Assembly (NCBI GenBank): GCA_963836205.1
Contig: CAWIIV010000007.1
Coordinates: 160,001-224,000, forward strand
DNA: 64,000 nt
Source: an uncultured Acidimicrobiia bacterium
Lineage (GTDB): Bacteria > Actinomycetota > Acidimicrobiia > Acidimicrobiales > AC-14
Direction of reading: 5' to 3'
In this document: piece by piece, positions 61,676 to 64,000 of the stretch
How positions within the stretch are numbered: position 1 is the stretch's first letter
Layout: every line of letters starts with the position of its first letter
Notes under the pieces: generated by a model
What the model was told of the DNA's origin: nothing
Databases searched by the model: none
Seen by the model: the letters and a program-made list of their open reading frames with translations, nothing else
Program-made: the position numbers and the translations under genes

Positions 61676-63112
61676 TCAGGCCTCGAAGTGACCGAGCTCG
61701 ACGTTCTCCAGGATGGCGAGCGCGTCCGGCACCAGGACGGCGGCCGAGAAGTAGGTCGTGACGAGGTAGGAGATGATCGCCTTCTCGTTGATGCCCATGA
61801 ACCGCACGTTGAGGCCCGGTTGGTACTCGTCGGGCAGACCGGTCTGTTGCAGCCCCACCACGCCCTGGTCGGGCTCCCCCATGCGCATGCACATCACCGA
61901 GCTGGTGCGGGCCGGGCTGATCCCGATCTTGTTGCACGGCAGCACCGGCACCCCCCGCCAGGCGGGGACCTTCTGGCCGGCCATGTCGACGGCCTGCGGG
62001 TAGACGCCGCGGCGGGTGCACTCCCGGCCGAAGGCGGCGATAGCGCGGGGGTGGGCGAAGAAGAAGGCCGCGTCACGGACGTTGGCCAGCAGTCCGTCGA
62101 AGTCGTCCGGCGTCGGGGGGCCGGTGCGGGTCTGGATGCGCTGGGACAGGTCGGCGTTGTGGAGCAGGCCGAAGCTACGGTTGTTGACCATCTCGTTCTC
62201 CTGGCGCTCCCGCAGGGCCTCGATGGTCAGGCGCAGCTGTTGCTCGGTCTGGTTCATGGGGTTGTTGTAGAGATCCGCCACCCGGGTGTGGACCCGCAGC
62301 ACGGTCTGGGCCACGCTCAGCTCGTACTCCCGGGGGCTGGCCTCGTAGTCGACGAAGGTGCCGGGCAGCTCGGGCTCGCCCTCGTGTCCCGCGGCCAGCT
62401 CGATGGCGGCCTCGCCGTGGCGGTTCTGGGGCCGGGCCTGGCCGGCGGTGTAGGCCGCGATGTGGGCGGCCAGGGCGGGCGAGGTGGCCACCACCGACTC
62501 GAAGGCGTCCTGGCTGAGCGTCAGGGCGATGACCGGCGTCACCGCCCGGGCGGTGAAGTCCCACGTGTCCTGGGACTCGACCAGGGCGGTGTAGGTGAAG
62601 TGCTCCCCGTCGGCCAGGGTGCCCAGCACCGTGTCCTCGCCGTACTTGCCGGCGCCGATCCTCTCCACCTTGCCGTGGGCGATGAGGCAGATCGAGTCGG
62701 CCGGCTCGCCCCGGGACACGATGACCTCGCCGGGGGCGTACTCCCGCTGCACGAAGCGGTCGGCCAGGGCGGCCAGCACCTCGTCGTCGTCGAAGGACCG
62801 CAGCCCGGCCAGCTCCCGCAGCTCCTGGGGCACGACCCGGACCTCGGCCCCGGTGGAGATGAACGTCACCCGGCCGTCGCCCACCGAGTAGGTGAGGCGG
62901 CGGTTGACCCGGTAGCGGCCACCGGAGACCTCGACCCAAGGCAGCACCCGCAGCAGCCAGCGGGAGGAGATCTCCCGCATCTGGGGCGGGGTCTTGGTGG
63001 TGGTGGCCAGGTTGGCCGCGGCCTTGGTCGACAGGCTCATCTGGTCGCCGTTGGGACCGGTCGGGTCGTGCCCGTTCTGGGCCGCCAGGTCGGTCAGGGT
63101 GGTGTCGCTCAC
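61676..63112 (-). CDS. Family 2B encapsulin shell protein, copy A
   Basis: Same motifs as copy B, with a distinct C-terminal ~135 aa. Confidence 0.92.
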   Translation of the reverse strand: MSDTTLTDLAAQNGHDPTGPNGDQMSLSTKAAANLATTTKTPPQMREISSRWLLRVLPWVEVSGGRYRVNRRLTYSVGDGRVTFISTGAEVRVVPQELRELAGLRSFDDDEVLAALADRFVQREYAPGEVIVSRGEPADSICLIAHGKVERIGAGKYGEDTVLGTLADGEHFTYTALVESQDTWDFTARAVTPVIALTLSQDAFESVVATSPALAAHIAAYTAGQARPQNRHGEAAIELAAGHEGEPELPGTFVDYEASPREYELSVAQTVLRVHTRVADLYNNPMNQTEQQLRLTIEALRERQENEMVNNRSFGLLHNADLSQRIQTRTGPPTPDDFDGLLANVRDAAFFFAHPRAIAAFGRECTRRGVYPQAVDMAGQKVPAWRGVPVLPCNKIGISPARTSSVMCMRMGEPDQGVVGLQQTGLPDEYQPGLNVRFMGINEKAIISYLVTTYFSAAVLVPDALAILENVELGHFEA

Positions 63113-63509
63113 AGATCAGTCCTCCAGTCCCCAGCGGATTGGTAAGAACACTTCGGTTTTTTCATGACGGTCCGCGGGGCCGAGGAAGGTCGGATGGTTC
63201 ACCCGGAGTTGCACGCCGACACGCCCCGGATGCCGCTCCCCGTGACCGTACAAAGGGGCCCCGGACGTTCGTCACACGTAACGCCGTAGTCCTGATGGGT
63301 GGTGCCGGCGACCCTACGGAGACCCGTTCCGTAGGCTTCGTGGGCTGTCCCGGCGGTCGCTGCCGGACGGCCGCGCTCGGGAGGGCAGCGTGTCGGGTGG
63401 GAGGAGGTGGAACTGGGGCGCCCGCGCCGCCGCCCCGTGCCGAGACCAGCGGGCCCCAGACCTGTCGAGCCGGCCAGGGAGGACTCTTCGGGCTCGGAAG
63501 GAGGACGTG

Positions 63510-64000
63510 TCAGCCGTGGTAGCGGCCGGTGGTGCTGTGCCACTCGCGGCTGCCACCGAGCCAGGCCCAGATGTCGGTCAGGAACCGGCGCAGCGCAAGG
63601 GAACCCAGCTGGCTGAGGATGGTGGCTTCCTCGACGAAGGCGTGCATCAGCTCGTTGTGGATCTCCACCGTGCGCTCGATCGCCTCCTCCCGAGAGCACT
63701 TCTCCTCGTTGGCGATCACTTTGGGTAGGTCGAAGTCGGTGTCGGATTCCGCGCCCATCGAGTACAGGTCGTTCAGGATCACGCTGGCGGTGCCAGCCAT
63801 GGCGAACACGCGCCGCACCCGCCGGTCGGCGAACTCGAAGGAAGGAACCTCGTAGCCGGCGACCGGATCGACCAGCACCATGGGCGGCAGGAAGCTGTTC
63901 TCGTTCCGGTGCAGCAGGTACTCCCACACGGGGGGGATCCGGCCTTCCCGACGCCACGTCGCCTCGTGGTTGTACGCCATGTACATCACCGCCAGCTCGT
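63510..64000 (-). CDS. 2-methylisoborneol/2-methylenebornane synthase-like terpene cyclase (5' part outside window)
   Basis: PPVWEYL..R..NSF, GYEVP, NSE motif NDLYSMGAE, WH...RY; clustered with the GPP methyltransferase. Confidence 0.82.
   Translation of the reverse strand, partial: ELAVMYMAYNHEATWRREGRIPPVWEYLLHRNENSFLPPMVLVDPVAGYEVPSFEFADRRVRRVFAMAGTASVILNDLYSMGAESDTDFDLPKVIANEEKCSREEAIERTVEIHNELMHAFVEEATILSQLGSLALRRFLTDIWAWLGGSREWHSTTGRYHG

Noticed and set aside
63300-63370. Hairpins upstream of shell A (cctacgga...tccgtagg) as a riboswitch
   Set aside because: The stem is real, but no riboswitch consensus was recognised; it may be a terminator or processing site. An Rfam search would be needed.
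63505-63512. TGA-CAC at the cyclase end as a second Sec site
   Set aside because: The stop follows the terminal RY motif where such cyclases normally end, and no SECIS-like hairpin or meaningful read-through sequence follows.

Overview
High-GC actinobacterial chromosome segment; gene order and protein style suggest Acidimicrobiia (inference). Most genes are on the minus strand. Contents from left to right: (1) a selenocysteine-type formate dehydrogenase alpha subunit (in-frame TGA at 2311-2313, running off the left edge); (2) a lysS-fdh junction that appears duplicated, with one copy carrying a TIR-STAND(NB-ARC)-TPR gene and the other a Uma2 nuclease; (3) a housekeeping block (tilS, hpt, ftsH, folE, folP, folB-folK fusion, panC, panD, nadB, nadC, coaX, lysS) plus a sigH/rshA-type pair; (4) an ~18-kb phosphate/polyphosphate region (senX3-regX3, an atypical Asp-to-Glu response regulator, surE, ppk1, CYTH-CHAD, NUDIX, histidine phosphatase, ppx, a decayed phoU, pstB-phoU-pstSCA) with several PHO-box-like 11-nt repeats; (5) accessory genes (ERCC4-Lsr2, an ATPase-less peptide/nickel ABC transporter, a divergent S8 peptidase and TPR-CHAT protease pair); (6) an ~10.5-kb terpene cluster with two family 2B encapsulin shells, a geosmin-type two-domain synthase, a 2-MIB/2-methylenebornane-type cyclase, a polyprenyl synthase, dxs, idi and a GPP methyltransferase. 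No rRNA, tRNA, CRISPR array, integrase or transposase was recognised. All calls come from reading motifs by eye; no database searches were run.
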